A program made the position numbers and the translations under genes. The notes beneath the pieces were generated by a model, which saw only the letters and a list, made by a program, of their open reading frames with translations, was not told where the DNA came from and ran no database searches. 64,000 nucleotides of DNA from an uncultured Terriglobus sp. (GTDB lineage: Bacteria > Acidobacteriota > Terriglobia > Terriglobales > Acidobacteriaceae): assembly GCA_964248165.1 (NCBI GenBank), contig CAXTXE010000016.1:7637-71636 (forward strand), given 5' to 3'. Numbering within the stretch: position 1 is the stretch's first letter; each line of letters opens with the position of its first letter. Of this stretch, positions 8,205-16,920 are shown one piece after another.

Positions 8205-10240
8205 CCGCACGCCGCATCTCCTGTTTGCTTGCCACCGCCGCCGTCACCTGCTCGCCGATGCTGGCACAGGACACGCACGACCACGACACAAAGGCCGCGA
8301 CGCCAACGTCGACGGTATATGTCAACCCGCGCGCCGATGCGAGCGATCCGCGAGTAGGCTTGAAGGCCGGTTTATACGATGCGGGCGAGGCCGCCATGGG
8401 CCTGCAGAAGCTGGATGCGGTGCCCAAGCCGGCCGGATTTGCGCCGGAGCCCGACAAGATTCCCGCATGGGAGGCGCAGCCCACGCCTGCCTTTACTCCG
8501 GGACAGCGGCCGGTGATGCCGGCGGGCTATATCCAGGCACCGTATGGCACGACGAACTCCGACCTGGCGTTCAGCGGCCGCTACGTGTTTGTGGGCAACT
8601 ACTATGGCGTGAATACCTACGACATCAGCAATCCCGCGCAGGCAAAGCTGGTGACCAGCATGGTGTGTCCCGGCGGCCAGGGTGATGTGTCGGTTTACGG
8701 CCACCTGCTGTTCATGTCCGTCGAAGCTGCGAACGGACGCATCGATTGCGGCACGCAGGGCTTTGCCTCCGCCAATGTGGCGAACTCCGTTCCAGCCGGT
8801 CCCGCTTCGCCCACACCAGTTGGCCCGGGAGCTTCGACCACCGCACCGGCGGCGGGCGCGCCTCCCGCCGGACGCCAGCGCCGCCCGCCTGAGCCGGCGG
8901 AGAAGGACCGCGTGCGCGGCATCCGCATCTTCGACATCAGCGATGTGACCCATCCTCGCCAGATCACGGATGTGCAGACCTGCCGCGGATCGCACACCCA
9001 CACCCTGCTGGTCGATCCGAAGGATAAGGACAACATCTACGTCTACATCTCCGGCTCCGCAGGTGCGCGCGATTCAAAGGAACTGCCAGGCTGCTCCGAT
9101 CTTGCGCCGGATCAGGACCCCAACACCTCGCTGTTCACAATCGCCGTCATTAAGGTGCCGCTGGCGCATCCTGAGCTGGCCAAGATTGTCAGCACGCCGC
9201 GCATCTTTACCGACCCCACCAGCGGCGACGTGAACGGCCTGTGGAAGGGCGGCAATCACGGCGAGGGCACGCAGACCACCTCTGCCACGCGCGGCTGCCA
9301 CGACATCACGATGTATTCGGCAATCGGACTGGCAGCGGGTGCGTGCTCCGGCAACGGCATCCTGCTGGATATCTTTGATCCAGTGAATCCCAAGCGGCTC
9401 GACGCCGTAAGCGACCCTAACTATGCCTTCTGGCACTCGGCGAACTTCTCCAATGACGGCAAGACCGTGCTCTTCACCGACGAGTGGGGCGGCGGTGGAC
9501 AGCCGCGCTGCCGTGCCAGCGACCCTATGAACTGGGGCGCGGATGCGATCTTTAAGCTCGAGAACCGCAAGCTGGTGCTGCAAAGCTACTACAAGATGCC
9601 CGCGCCGCAGACGGACTTCGAGAACTGCGTTGCGCACAACGGGTCCATGATCCCCGTGCCGGGGCGCAATATTGAGGTGCAGTCGTGGTACCAGGGCGGC
9701 GTCTCCGTCATGGATTACACCGACGCGTCACATCCGTTTGAGATTGGCTACTTTGACCGCGGTCCGGTGAACGGCAACAAGCACGCCATGGGCGGCCAGT
9801 GGTCCACCTACTGGTACAACGGCGCGATCTATGGGTCGGAGATTGCGCGCGGCCTGGACGTCTTCAAGCTGACGCCAACCAAGTACATGACGCAGAACGA
9901 GATCGACGCAGCCAACCAGGTGCACTTCGATTACCTCAATGTGCAGGATCAGCCAAAGGTGGTGTGGCCCGCGACGTTCATTACGGCAAAGGCGTACCTG
10001 GACCAGCTGGAGCGCGGCAACAGCCTGCCTGCCGGCAAGATTGCCGAACTTCGCGCCGGGATTGACAAGGCTGGCAGCAGCAAGAAAGAAGCAGGCAAGC
10101 TGAAGTCGATGGCACCGGAGCTGGATAGCGCAGCAGCGTCAGCCAAGACACCGGCGGACGCCAAGCGCCTCCACGGCCTGGCCGAGATCATGCGCAAGAG
10201 CGGCGATGCCGTTCCGCTCTCCATCGCCAGCCTGGACTAA
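8201..10240 (+). CDS. secreted LVIVD-repeat-like beta-propeller protein
   Basis: 679 aa with an N-terminal hydrophobic leader. It has a recurrent motif of hydrophobic strand + D-h-S/T-D/N-P (YVFVGNYYGVNTYDISNPAQAK, VRGIRIFDISDVTHPRQ, GILLDIFDPVNPKR, GGVSVMDYTDASHPFE, ARGLDVFKL). An ATGA overlap couples it to the DUF305 gene. Confidence 0.7.
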   Translation: MTARRISCLLATAAVTCSPMLAQDTHDHDTKAATPTSTVYVNPRADASDPRVGLKAGLYDAGEAAMGLQKLDAVPKPAGFAPEPDKIPAWEAQPTPAFTPGQRPVMPAGYIQAPYGTTNSDLAFSGRYVFVGNYYGVNTYDISNPAQAKLVTSMVCPGGQGDVSVYGHLLFMSVEAANGRIDCGTQGFASANVANSVPAGPASPTPVGPGASTTAPAAGAPPAGRQRRPPEPAEKDRVRGIRIFDISDVTHPRQITDVQTCRGSHTHTLLVDPKDKDNIYVYISGSAGARDSKELPGCSDLAPDQDPNTSLFTIAVIKVPLAHPELAKIVSTPRIFTDPTSGDVNGLWKGGNHGEGTQTTSATRGCHDITMYSAIGLAAGACSGNGILLDIFDPVNPKRLDAVSDPNYAFWHSANFSNDGKTVLFTDEWGGGGQPRCRASDPMNWGADAIFKLENRKLVLQSYYKMPAPQTDFENCVAHNGSMIPVPGRNIEVQSWYQGGVSVMDYTDASHPFEIGYFDRGPVNGNKHAMGGQWSTYWYNGAIYGSEIARGLDVFKLTPTKYMTQNEIDAANQVHFDYLNVQDQPKVVWPATFITAKAYLDQLERGNSLPAGKIAELRAGIDKAGSSKKEAGKLKSMAPELDSAAASAKTPADAKRLHGLAEIMRKSGDAVPLSIASLD

Positions 10241-10256
10241 CTAACACGATCAGTAA

Positions 10257-10302
10257 GCAACACAAAGGGGCCGCAACCTTCGGGTACGGCCCTTTGTGTT
10301 GC
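10257..10302 (+). terminator. long stem-loop after the LVIVD gene
   Basis: GCAACACAAAGGGGCCG - 13-nt loop - CGGCCCTTTGTGTTGC, a stem of about 16 bp with one bulge, starting 17 nt after the stop. There is no clean U-tract. Confidence 0.55.
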
Positions 10303-10568
10303 CTCGTGTCTTGCATGAAGGCATCGAACCCGTTTACATACCCAATCTTGCCTGGGCTGACGAGCGCGCCGGGGTTAATCGTAGACCTACCGGTTCGTGC
10401 GAGGTCTCTCATGAAGTACGGCGAACAAAATGTCGTGCTTGTTTTACGATCCGCGCGTTTGTGCCGAGATGCAACCGGTTGCCGCAGCGTGAGCGTTCAT
10501 TGAACTGGAAACTCTACCGATAACTTCCTTGAGGCAGGGCGGAGCCTGCTTCAGTGGAGAGCGGGGGA

Positions 10569-12029
10569 ATGCCGGCAGGGGTTCAAACGGAGCGGGTTGA
10601 ACGCACGCAGGGTGGGCCGGTGCGCGCGTCGGAGGTGATCTCCGCGCTGTCGTATGCGCTGGACCTGACGGAGGGCCAGCCGGTGGGTCACGCTCTGCAG
10701 ACCTGCATGATTGGCATGCGGCTGGCACAGGCCATCGGCATGCCCGTCGCACAACGGGCCGGTCTGTACTACGCGCTTCTGCTGAAGGATGCGGGATGCA
10801 GCAGCAATGCGTCAAAGCTCTTCCACATCCTGCAGACGGACGAGATCAAGGCCAAGGGAGATTTGAAGGACAAGGACTGGACCCGGAAGGGATGGGACAG
10901 CCTGCGGTACGCGATCGACCACGTGGCCACGGGCAAGCCGTTAATCGAGCGGGTGCGCACCTTGCTCCGGGTGGCGGCCACCCAACAGGCCGACTCGCGC
11001 CGCCTGGTGAGCATCCGGTGTGAGCGTGGTGCGTCCATTGCGCGGCGCATCGGCTTTTCCATGACCGTGGCTGAGGGCATCGCGGGCCTGGACGAGCACT
11101 GGAACGGTGGCGGGTACCCCATGGGGGCCGCGGGCGAGGAGATTTCGCTGCTCTCGCGCATCATGAACCTGGCTCAGACGCTGGCGGTTTTCTGGACAGT
11201 GGGCGGCGCAAGAGCGGCGTCGGCGGTGATGGAGCGGCGGAGCGGCCGCTGGTTCGATCCGGCACTGGTGCGTGCCGCGCGTGGTCCCGCCCGGGATGGA
11301 TCGCTGTTCGACGGACTCCGCAGCGAGACTCTGTTGGCCGACGTGGCCGGGATGGAACCCGAAGAGATGGAGTTACACCTCGGAGAAGACGGCCTGGACA
11401 GCATCTGTTACGCGTTTGCGGAGGTGATCGATGCCAAGTCTCCGTTTACGTTCATGCATTCGCGCGGGGTGGCGCAGGCAGCGGTGGCGGTGGGGCGGCA
11501 GATGGGCCTGCCGGAGACCGAGATCGTTGATCTTCGCCGGGCGGCGCTGCTGCACGACATCGGCAAGCTGTCCGTGCCTAATACGATCCTGGAAAAGCCC
11601 GCCAAGCTGGACGCCGCGGAGTGGGCCGTGGTGCGCAAGCATCCGTTCTACACGCTGGAGATACTGAAGCGCGTTCCCTGCTTTGCGGGCATCTGCGAAA
11701 CCGCCGCCGCGCACCACGAAAAGCTGGATGGCTCCGGCTACTTTCGCAACTGGGGTGCCCGGGAGATGGACACCCATGCGCGCGTGCTGGCGGTTGCCGA
11801 TATCTACGATGCGCTGGCCGCCGCCCGGCCTTACCGGGGACCCATGCCGCGCGAGAAAGTCTTCGAAATCATGGCGAAGGACGCGCCGCACGCGTTGGAC
11901 GCTGACTGCCTGCACGCACTGATGACGGCCCGGGAGGCAGACTTGATGCTGCCTGCGGAAATCGCGCCTTTACCACTCACCGCGCCAGAGCCTGCGATGC
12001 TGCCGGCGCTTGCACCCCAATTTGCGTAA
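10569..12029 (+). CDS. tandem HD-GYP-domain protein (degenerate N-terminal domain + intact C-terminal domain)
   Basis: C-terminal half: HSRGVAQ, LLHDIGKLSVP, HPFYT, HHEKLDGSGYF, ADIYDAL..RPYR. N-terminal half is homologous but reads GHALQT, LLLKDAGC (HD changed to KD) and LDEHWNGGGYP. Start set at ATG 10569; GTG 10554 is an alternative. Confidence 0.8.
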   Translation: MPAGVQTERVERTQGGPVRASEVISALSYALDLTEGQPVGHALQTCMIGMRLAQAIGMPVAQRAGLYYALLLKDAGCSSNASKLFHILQTDEIKAKGDLKDKDWTRKGWDSLRYAIDHVATGKPLIERVRTLLRVAATQQADSRRLVSIRCERGASIARRIGFSMTVAEGIAGLDEHWNGGGYPMGAAGEEISLLSRIMNLAQTLAVFWTVGGARAASAVMERRSGRWFDPALVRAARGPARDGSLFDGLRSETLLADVAGMEPEEMELHLGEDGLDSICYAFAEVIDAKSPFTFMHSRGVAQAAVAVGRQMGLPETEIVDLRRAALLHDIGKLSVPNTILEKPAKLDAAEWAVVRKHPFYTLEILKRVPCFAGICETAAAHHEKLDGSGYFRNWGAREMDTHARVLAVADIYDALAAARPYRGPMPREKVFEIMAKDAPHALDADCLHALMTAREADLMLPAEIAPLPLTAPEPAMLPALAPQFA

Positions 12030-12041
12030 CAGGATGACCGA

Positions 12042-13370
12042 ATGATGAAGCTTGTTAACTATTTGCCAGTGGCGGCGCTCGTTCTTCTGCCGTGTTTCGC
12101 TATCGTAGATGCGCGTGCGCAAAGTGTGTACTGGAACGCCGCCGGCGCGCGGTCCGCTGGCCTGGGAGGCATCGCGTTGCCATCGTCAGACGATGTGCTT
12201 GGTGCAATGGCGGGCAATCCCGCGGGTCTGACGTATCTGCAGCACCCGGTGGCCGGCGTTGGCGGCCTGGCAGCCTTCTCGCGCGGCAGCTTCAGCAATG
12301 TTGCAAACACAAACACACCCATGAGCGCGACACCTTCAGCGGGAGCCTTTGGTGCCTTCGCGACCCCGCTGCGTGGCCGCCGTATCTTTCTGGGCGTGGC
12401 GGAAACACCGCTGGTCACGGCGAAGTCCGACTGGACCTACATGGACGCGCGGGGAACGGCGGGGGCAAGCTACGGTGTGCAGCGTAACCGGTCTGAGATT
12501 CTGGTGGAGCGATCCACCGCCGCGCTCGCCATCAGTGTGAACCGGCGTGTGTCGCTGGGTCTGACCGCCGGAGCAGACTACAACCGCAATCTGCTGCATG
12601 GGGTATACGTCTTCCAAACGCAGCCGGTGGTGAAAGGCTTGAAGACGCTTCTGGACCTCCACACGAGCGGCGTGGGCGTCAATGGCGGTGCGGGGATGGT
12701 GGTGGAGGCGACATCGCGCCTGAGCGTGGGCGTGGCGTGGAAGTCGAAGTCGGAGATCCAAAGCCACGGCACCGCAACCGGCAACCTGGGCGCACAGCTG
12801 GCTGCGGCCGGTCTGGCCGCGCGTCCCGACTTTGCCTACAACGCGGCAGTGCACAACACGGTTCCGCAATCCATGCTGCTGACGCTGCATGAGCGGGTGG
12901 GCAACCGGTGGTCGCTTGCCGCAGAGGGTGAGTGGATCGCGTGGAAGTCGGCATTTCGCACCCTGAACGTGGCGCTGACAAACGGCAACAATGCGGACGT
13001 GAATGGCCTGCTGGGAAGCTCGTCCCTGAACGACAGCGTGCCGCTGTTCTGGAAGAACCAGTTTCCCGTGCGATTGGGCGTGGAGCGCACCCTGTCAGAG
13101 ACGGTGACAGCGCGCGCCGCGTTTGCGCACACCAATGACAGCGTGCCCAACAGCACCGTGATGCCGCTGACCGCGGCCATCTTCAAGGACGAGATCACGG
13201 CGGGTGCGGGCTGGCATAAAGGGCGGGCAGTCATCGACGGCGCGTACGGCTTTGTGCCCTCGCATACGGCGGCCGTGGGCACAAGCCTGCTGCAGGCAGG
13301 CGAGTACAGCAACAGCCGTATCCGCGCCGGCCTGCAGACCGTCACACTCTCTGCAGGGTATGTGTTTTAA
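12042..13370 (+). CDS. FadL/OmpP1-family outer-membrane transport protein
   Basis: Signal peptide MMKLVNYLPVAALVLLPCFAIVDARAQ. N-terminal motif AAGARSAGLGGIALPSSDDVLGAMAGNPAGLTYL. Beta-barrel-type alternating sequence ending ...TLSAGYVF with a terminal aromatic residue. Confidence 0.8.
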   Translation: MMKLVNYLPVAALVLLPCFAIVDARAQSVYWNAAGARSAGLGGIALPSSDDVLGAMAGNPAGLTYLQHPVAGVGGLAAFSRGSFSNVANTNTPMSATPSAGAFGAFATPLRGRRIFLGVAETPLVTAKSDWTYMDARGTAGASYGVQRNRSEILVERSTAALAISVNRRVSLGLTAGADYNRNLLHGVYVFQTQPVVKGLKTLLDLHTSGVGVNGGAGMVVEATSRLSVGVAWKSKSEIQSHGTATGNLGAQLAAAGLAARPDFAYNAAVHNTVPQSMLLTLHERVGNRWSLAAEGEWIAWKSAFRTLNVALTNGNNADVNGLLGSSSLNDSVPLFWKNQFPVRLGVERTLSETVTARAAFAHTNDSVPNSTVMPLTAAIFKDEITAGAGWHKGRAVIDGAYGFVPSHTAAVGTSLLQAGEYSNSRIRAGLQTVTLSAGYVF

Positions 13371-13472
13371 GTAAACCTCGACAGTGTGCAAGGCAGCCGG
13401 ACGCCGGTCTCGTGAGTGCGCTCTTTGTCGCCGCGTTGCTGAAGCGTCATTCGCCGGCAAAGACTGCAATGC

Positions 13473-13760
13473 CTCTGCACGATGAGGTAACTTCGCCATC
13501 ATTCCAGGTGCTGCCGCAGGCCTGCGTTTACCGGTTTAGGTTACCCATGCGAACTCCCTATGAGGTGTAACACTCCAGCACCCCGACCGGTGGAAGGATC
13601 CTGCCTTTAACCGCTGCGCGGTGAAGGTGGGGGCACCCGGCTCTGCACGATCAGGTAACTTCTCCATCATCCAAGTGGTTGCCGCAGGCCTGCGTTTCAC
13701 CGGTTTGAGTTACCCGATGTGAACTCCGTGTGAGCTCTAACACTCCAGCGATCCGATTCG
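13473..13760. repeat. tandem direct duplication of a ~120-nt non-coding element (copies 13473-13590 and 13641-13760)
   Basis: Read directly from the sequence. Both copies begin CTCTGCACGAT(G/C)AGGTAACTTC and contain TGCCGCAGGCCTGCGTTT, ACCGGTTT, GTTACCC, GAACTCC and TAACACTCCAGC in the same order. The core period is 168 nt. See findings. Confidence 0.8.
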
Positions 13761-13962
13761 GCTAGGCGTGCTCACAATGCAACTTACGCCAATTTACGCC
13801 AGATACAGTCGGGGGCAACCGGTAGTCGTTCGTGACCCCTCTATAGTCCCGGGTGCAGGGGCTGCAGGTATTGATCCGAAGGCAACTCTCCCTTCCCGTT
13901 TGTGAAGTTCCCATAACGCTGTATGCGGGGCTTCATCTTCATCAGTTCAGTGTAGGAAAGGT

Positions 13963-14742
13963 ATGTCAATGCCAGACACGACAACACTCGTGTGCCTGTT
14001 TCACCACACCAGCCAGGCGCAGGCTGCAGTGGACGATCTTTATCAAGCCGGTATTCCTCAGGGCAGCGTTTCTATGATCGGCGGCGAAGGCGCCACCGTC
14101 GATGCATTGGATAAGTCAGAACTCGCGTCTCTGGGGATGCCCGACCGCGACTACGATCACCTGAAGAGCGGCATCCGTGAGGGTGGCGTGGTGGTGTCGG
14201 TATCACCCACACCAAATCACGTCGGCACGGTGGAATCGATCTTTGCCAAGCACCAGGCCAAAAAGATCGACGATGTGGAGAGTAACCGCAACGAAGGCCT
14301 ATTGGCTGCTGCCCCCCTCGCTGCTGCTCCCGTAGCCGAAACGGGTGCGGACACGATCCCCGTGATTGCTGAAGACCTTGTGGTTGGCAAGCGCACCGTT
14401 GACCAGGGTGGCGTGCGGTTGTATCGCCGCGTCGTCGAGGTTCCCGTAGAAGAAGCCGTGCAGTTGCGCGAAGAGCATGTCACCGTGGATCGCGTTGCAG
14501 TGGATCGTCCGGTGACCAATGCGGATCTTGCCTTCCAGCCGCGGACCGTTGAGTTGACTGAGACTGCGGAAGAAGCCGTCGTGATGAAGGACGCCCGTGT
14601 CGTCGAGGAAGTCCTCGTCGGCAAGGAAGCGGTCGAGCGGACCGAGACCATTCGTGACACGGTTCGCCACACCGAAGTCGTGGTTGAGGAGCTGCCCGCA
14701 ACCGGCGGCACCACCGACCGTGCCTCTGGCCGCACGTTCTAA
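13963..14742 (+). CDS. YsnF/AvaK-like stress protein (GSP17M-like N-domain + DUF2382)
   Basis: DUF2382 signature IPVIAEDLVVGKRTVDQGGVRLYRRVVEVPVEEAVQLREEHVTVDRVAVDRPV, then a second half-repeat AVVMKDARVVEEVLVGKEAVERTETIRDTVRHTEVVVEE. Confidence 0.85.
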   Translation: MSMPDTTTLVCLFHHTSQAQAAVDDLYQAGIPQGSVSMIGGEGATVDALDKSELASLGMPDRDYDHLKSGIREGGVVVSVSPTPNHVGTVESIFAKHQAKKIDDVESNRNEGLLAAAPLAAAPVAETGADTIPVIAEDLVVGKRTVDQGGVRLYRRVVEVPVEEAVQLREEHVTVDRVAVDRPVTNADLAFQPRTVELTETAEEAVVMKDARVVEEVLVGKEAVERTETIRDTVRHTEVVVEELPATGGTTDRASGRTF

Positions 14743-14790
14743 CCAGGGCGCATCTGCCCCACTACACGACTTATCTCCAAAGGAGTTCTC

Positions 14791-15306
14791 ATGGCTGACC
14801 GCGTAAAGGTCTACGAAGAAACGAATAAAAAGGGGCTCCCCATATGGGCTTGGCTCCTTCCACTGCTTCTGCTGCTGGGGCTGTTAGCGCTCCTGCTTCT
14901 ACGGCATCATCCTGATCAGGCACCAGCGCAGACTGCGGCACCGGCGCAGGCGGCACCCGTTGCAGGGGCTTTGCCAACGTTAGGAACCGTACACTTTGAG
15001 ACGGACAAGGCGACACTGACCCCCGAGGACCAGGCTACATTGGACCGCGCGGCAGAGGCGATGAAGGCTAACCCCAACGTGCACATGCGCGTGGAAGGCT
15101 TCACGGACAGCACCGGGACTGACACGCACAATCTCACACTCTCTCAGCAGCGGGCAAATGCGGTTGGAGAGTACCTGAAAAGCAAGGGCATTGAAGGTAG
15201 CCGCTTGACGGGCGAGGGATTTGGCAAGGAAGCCCCGGCCGACACGAATGCAACAGCAGCGGGCAAGGCAGATAACCGCCGCGTCGAGCTGTTCTCGCAG
15301 CAATAA
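14791..15306 (+). CDS. OmpA-family peptidoglycan-binding protein with an N-terminal membrane anchor
   Basis: TM segment LPIWAWLLPLLLLLGLLALLLL. OmpA_C motifs VHFETDKATLTPEDQATLDRAA, VEGFTDSTGTDTHNLTLSQQRANAV, ADNRRVEL. Confidence 0.85.
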   Translation: MADRVKVYEETNKKGLPIWAWLLPLLLLLGLLALLLLRHHPDQAPAQTAAPAQAAPVAGALPTLGTVHFETDKATLTPEDQATLDRAAEAMKANPNVHMRVEGFTDSTGTDTHNLTLSQQRANAVGEYLKSKGIEGSRLTGEGFGKEAPADTNATAAGKADNRRVELFSQQ

Positions 15307-15342
15307 CACTGATTCATTCAACCGAACCGAAGGAGTTTCCTC

Positions 15343-16212
15343 ATGGCAAAGACAGTAGTAGGGCTTTTCAGCAGCACCTCTGAAGCAGAGCGCGTCAAGC
15401 AGCTGATCGTTTCCGCCGGCAATGTAAGCGCCAGCGATGCAAAGATCGTGGCGCAGGACGGTGGCGACTACGCAGGCACGGGTACCGCAGGCGCTGGCAT
15501 CGGCGAGAAGGTGAGTCACTTCTTTAAGTCGCTGACGGGCGGCGATGATGACGCGAATTACTACACGAAGGGTGTCAGCTCCGGCGGTGCTCTGCTCACG
15601 GTCAAGACCGATGATCAGGAAGCCCAAGGCGTTGCCGTTCTGATGCGTACGAACGGTGCACGCGACATACACGGCTCCGGCGACACCGATCGTGGCTACG
15701 ACGATATCTCTGCGGGCGTCCCGGGAACAGTTAGCGGTCTAGCGGCAGGCGGCGCGGGATACAAGGCAGGTTACGATCAGACGGCACTTGGCACCACGAC
15801 TGGCGAGACCTCCATTCCGATCGTGGAAGAGAGCCTGGTTGTTGGCAAGCGTGAGGTGGATCGTGGCGGTGTGCGCGTGTACTCCCACGTTGTCGAGGAG
15901 CCGGTAAGCGCCGACGTGAACCTCCGCGAAGAGCGCGTCCTGGTCGAGCGCCGTCCCGTGGACCGTGCAGCAACCGCTGCAGACTTTGCACCAGGCGACC
16001 GCAGCATCGAATTGCGCGCCACCGGTGAAGAGGCTGTTGTAGGCAAGGCATCGCGCGTTGTCGAAGAGGTTCTGGTTGGTAAGGACAGCTCAGAGCGCAC
16101 AGAGACAGTTCGCGACAGCGTTCGCCACACCGAAGTAGACGTAGAAGAGATCCCGGGCACCGAAAAGACGTCGGGCAGCTTCTCTCCATCTGGTACTGGC
16201 ACCAAATTCTAA
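15343..16212 (+). CDS. YsnF/AvaK-like stress protein (paralog of 13963-14742)
   Basis: Same architecture as the first paralog: MAKTVVGLFSSTSEAERV... N-domain, then IPIVEESLVVGKREVDRGGVRVYSHVVEEPVSADVNLREERVLVERRPVDR and AVVGKASRVVEEVLVGKDSSERTETVRDSVRHTEVDVEE. Confidence 0.85.
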   Translation: MAKTVVGLFSSTSEAERVKQLIVSAGNVSASDAKIVAQDGGDYAGTGTAGAGIGEKVSHFFKSLTGGDDDANYYTKGVSSGGALLTVKTDDQEAQGVAVLMRTNGARDIHGSGDTDRGYDDISAGVPGTVSGLAAGGAGYKAGYDQTALGTTTGETSIPIVEESLVVGKREVDRGGVRVYSHVVEEPVSADVNLREERVLVERRPVDRAATAADFAPGDRSIELRATGEEAVVGKASRVVEEVLVGKDSSERTETVRDSVRHTEVDVEEIPGTEKTSGSFSPSGTGTKF

Positions 16213-16279
16213 CCAGCGGCGCGGGCTGGCCTCCTTGGTCCGCCCGCGCCTCTGCGCTTCACCAAAGTTTGGAGCCTTG

Positions 16280-16852
16280 ATGTCTTCCCCCTCTACAACG
16301 CAGAATGTTCTTGTTACAGCGGGCACGCTGGATGCGACAGTAGTCACCACTGAAATCCGGCTTGCCGATGGCCGCGTGGTCTACCTGCCCACCGCATCTC
16401 TGCTTGGGGTTGAGCCTGAGGCTCAGTTCGAAGGCGGACGCCGTCGCGTGGACGATGCGCCGGAAACCGATGTCATCTCGCTTGTGGAAGAGCGTCTGAT
16501 CACCGGCAAACGGGTGGTCGAAACAGGCAAATTGCGGCTGCACAAGAAGGTACAGGAGTACGAGACCGCGCTAGACGAAACTCTGGCCTTTCGCACCTAC
16601 GACATCGAACGCGTGCAGATCAACAAGCCCGTGGACGCCGCGCCCGCTATCCGCGAAGAAAACGGCGTCACCGTCTACCCGGTTGTTGAAGAGCAGTTGG
16701 TCGTAACGCGGCAGCTTGTTCTCCGCGAAGAGATTCGTGTCACCCGCCGCGACGACGAGCGCCGCGACACCCGCCCGGTAACGCTCCGCAGGGAATTCAT
16801 CGAAGTCGAGCGCGAACAGCTTGACCCCGTAGGCCAGGACGTACGTAGCTGA
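16280..16852 (+). CDS. DUF2382-domain protein (third paralog, lacking the GSP17M-like domain)
   Basis: ISLVEERLITGKRVVETGKLRLHKKVQEYETALDETL and VYPVVEEQLVVTRQLVLREEIRVTRRDDERRDTRPVTLRREFIEVER. Start set at ATG 16280, preceded by GGAG at 16271-16274. Confidence 0.75.
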   Translation: MSSPSTTQNVLVTAGTLDATVVTTEIRLADGRVVYLPTASLLGVEPEAQFEGGRRRVDDAPETDVISLVEERLITGKRVVETGKLRLHKKVQEYETALDETLAFRTYDIERVQINKPVDAAPAIREENGVTVYPVVEEQLVVTRQLVLREEIRVTRRDDERRDTRPVTLRREFIEVEREQLDPVGQDVRS

Positions 16853-16920
16853 GTTCTCGCCTGACAGTTCCCTCACCGTTGAGCGACGCCTCCGAGGTAG
16901 CGAGAAGTGAATCAAACGGG

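Noticed and set aside
13095-13502. 135-aa minus-strand ORF reaching into the tandem-repeat intergenic region
   Set aside because: Most of it is antisense to the 3' end of the FadL-like gene. Its sequence is Arg/Ala-rich shadow sequence, and it does not cover both repeat copies.
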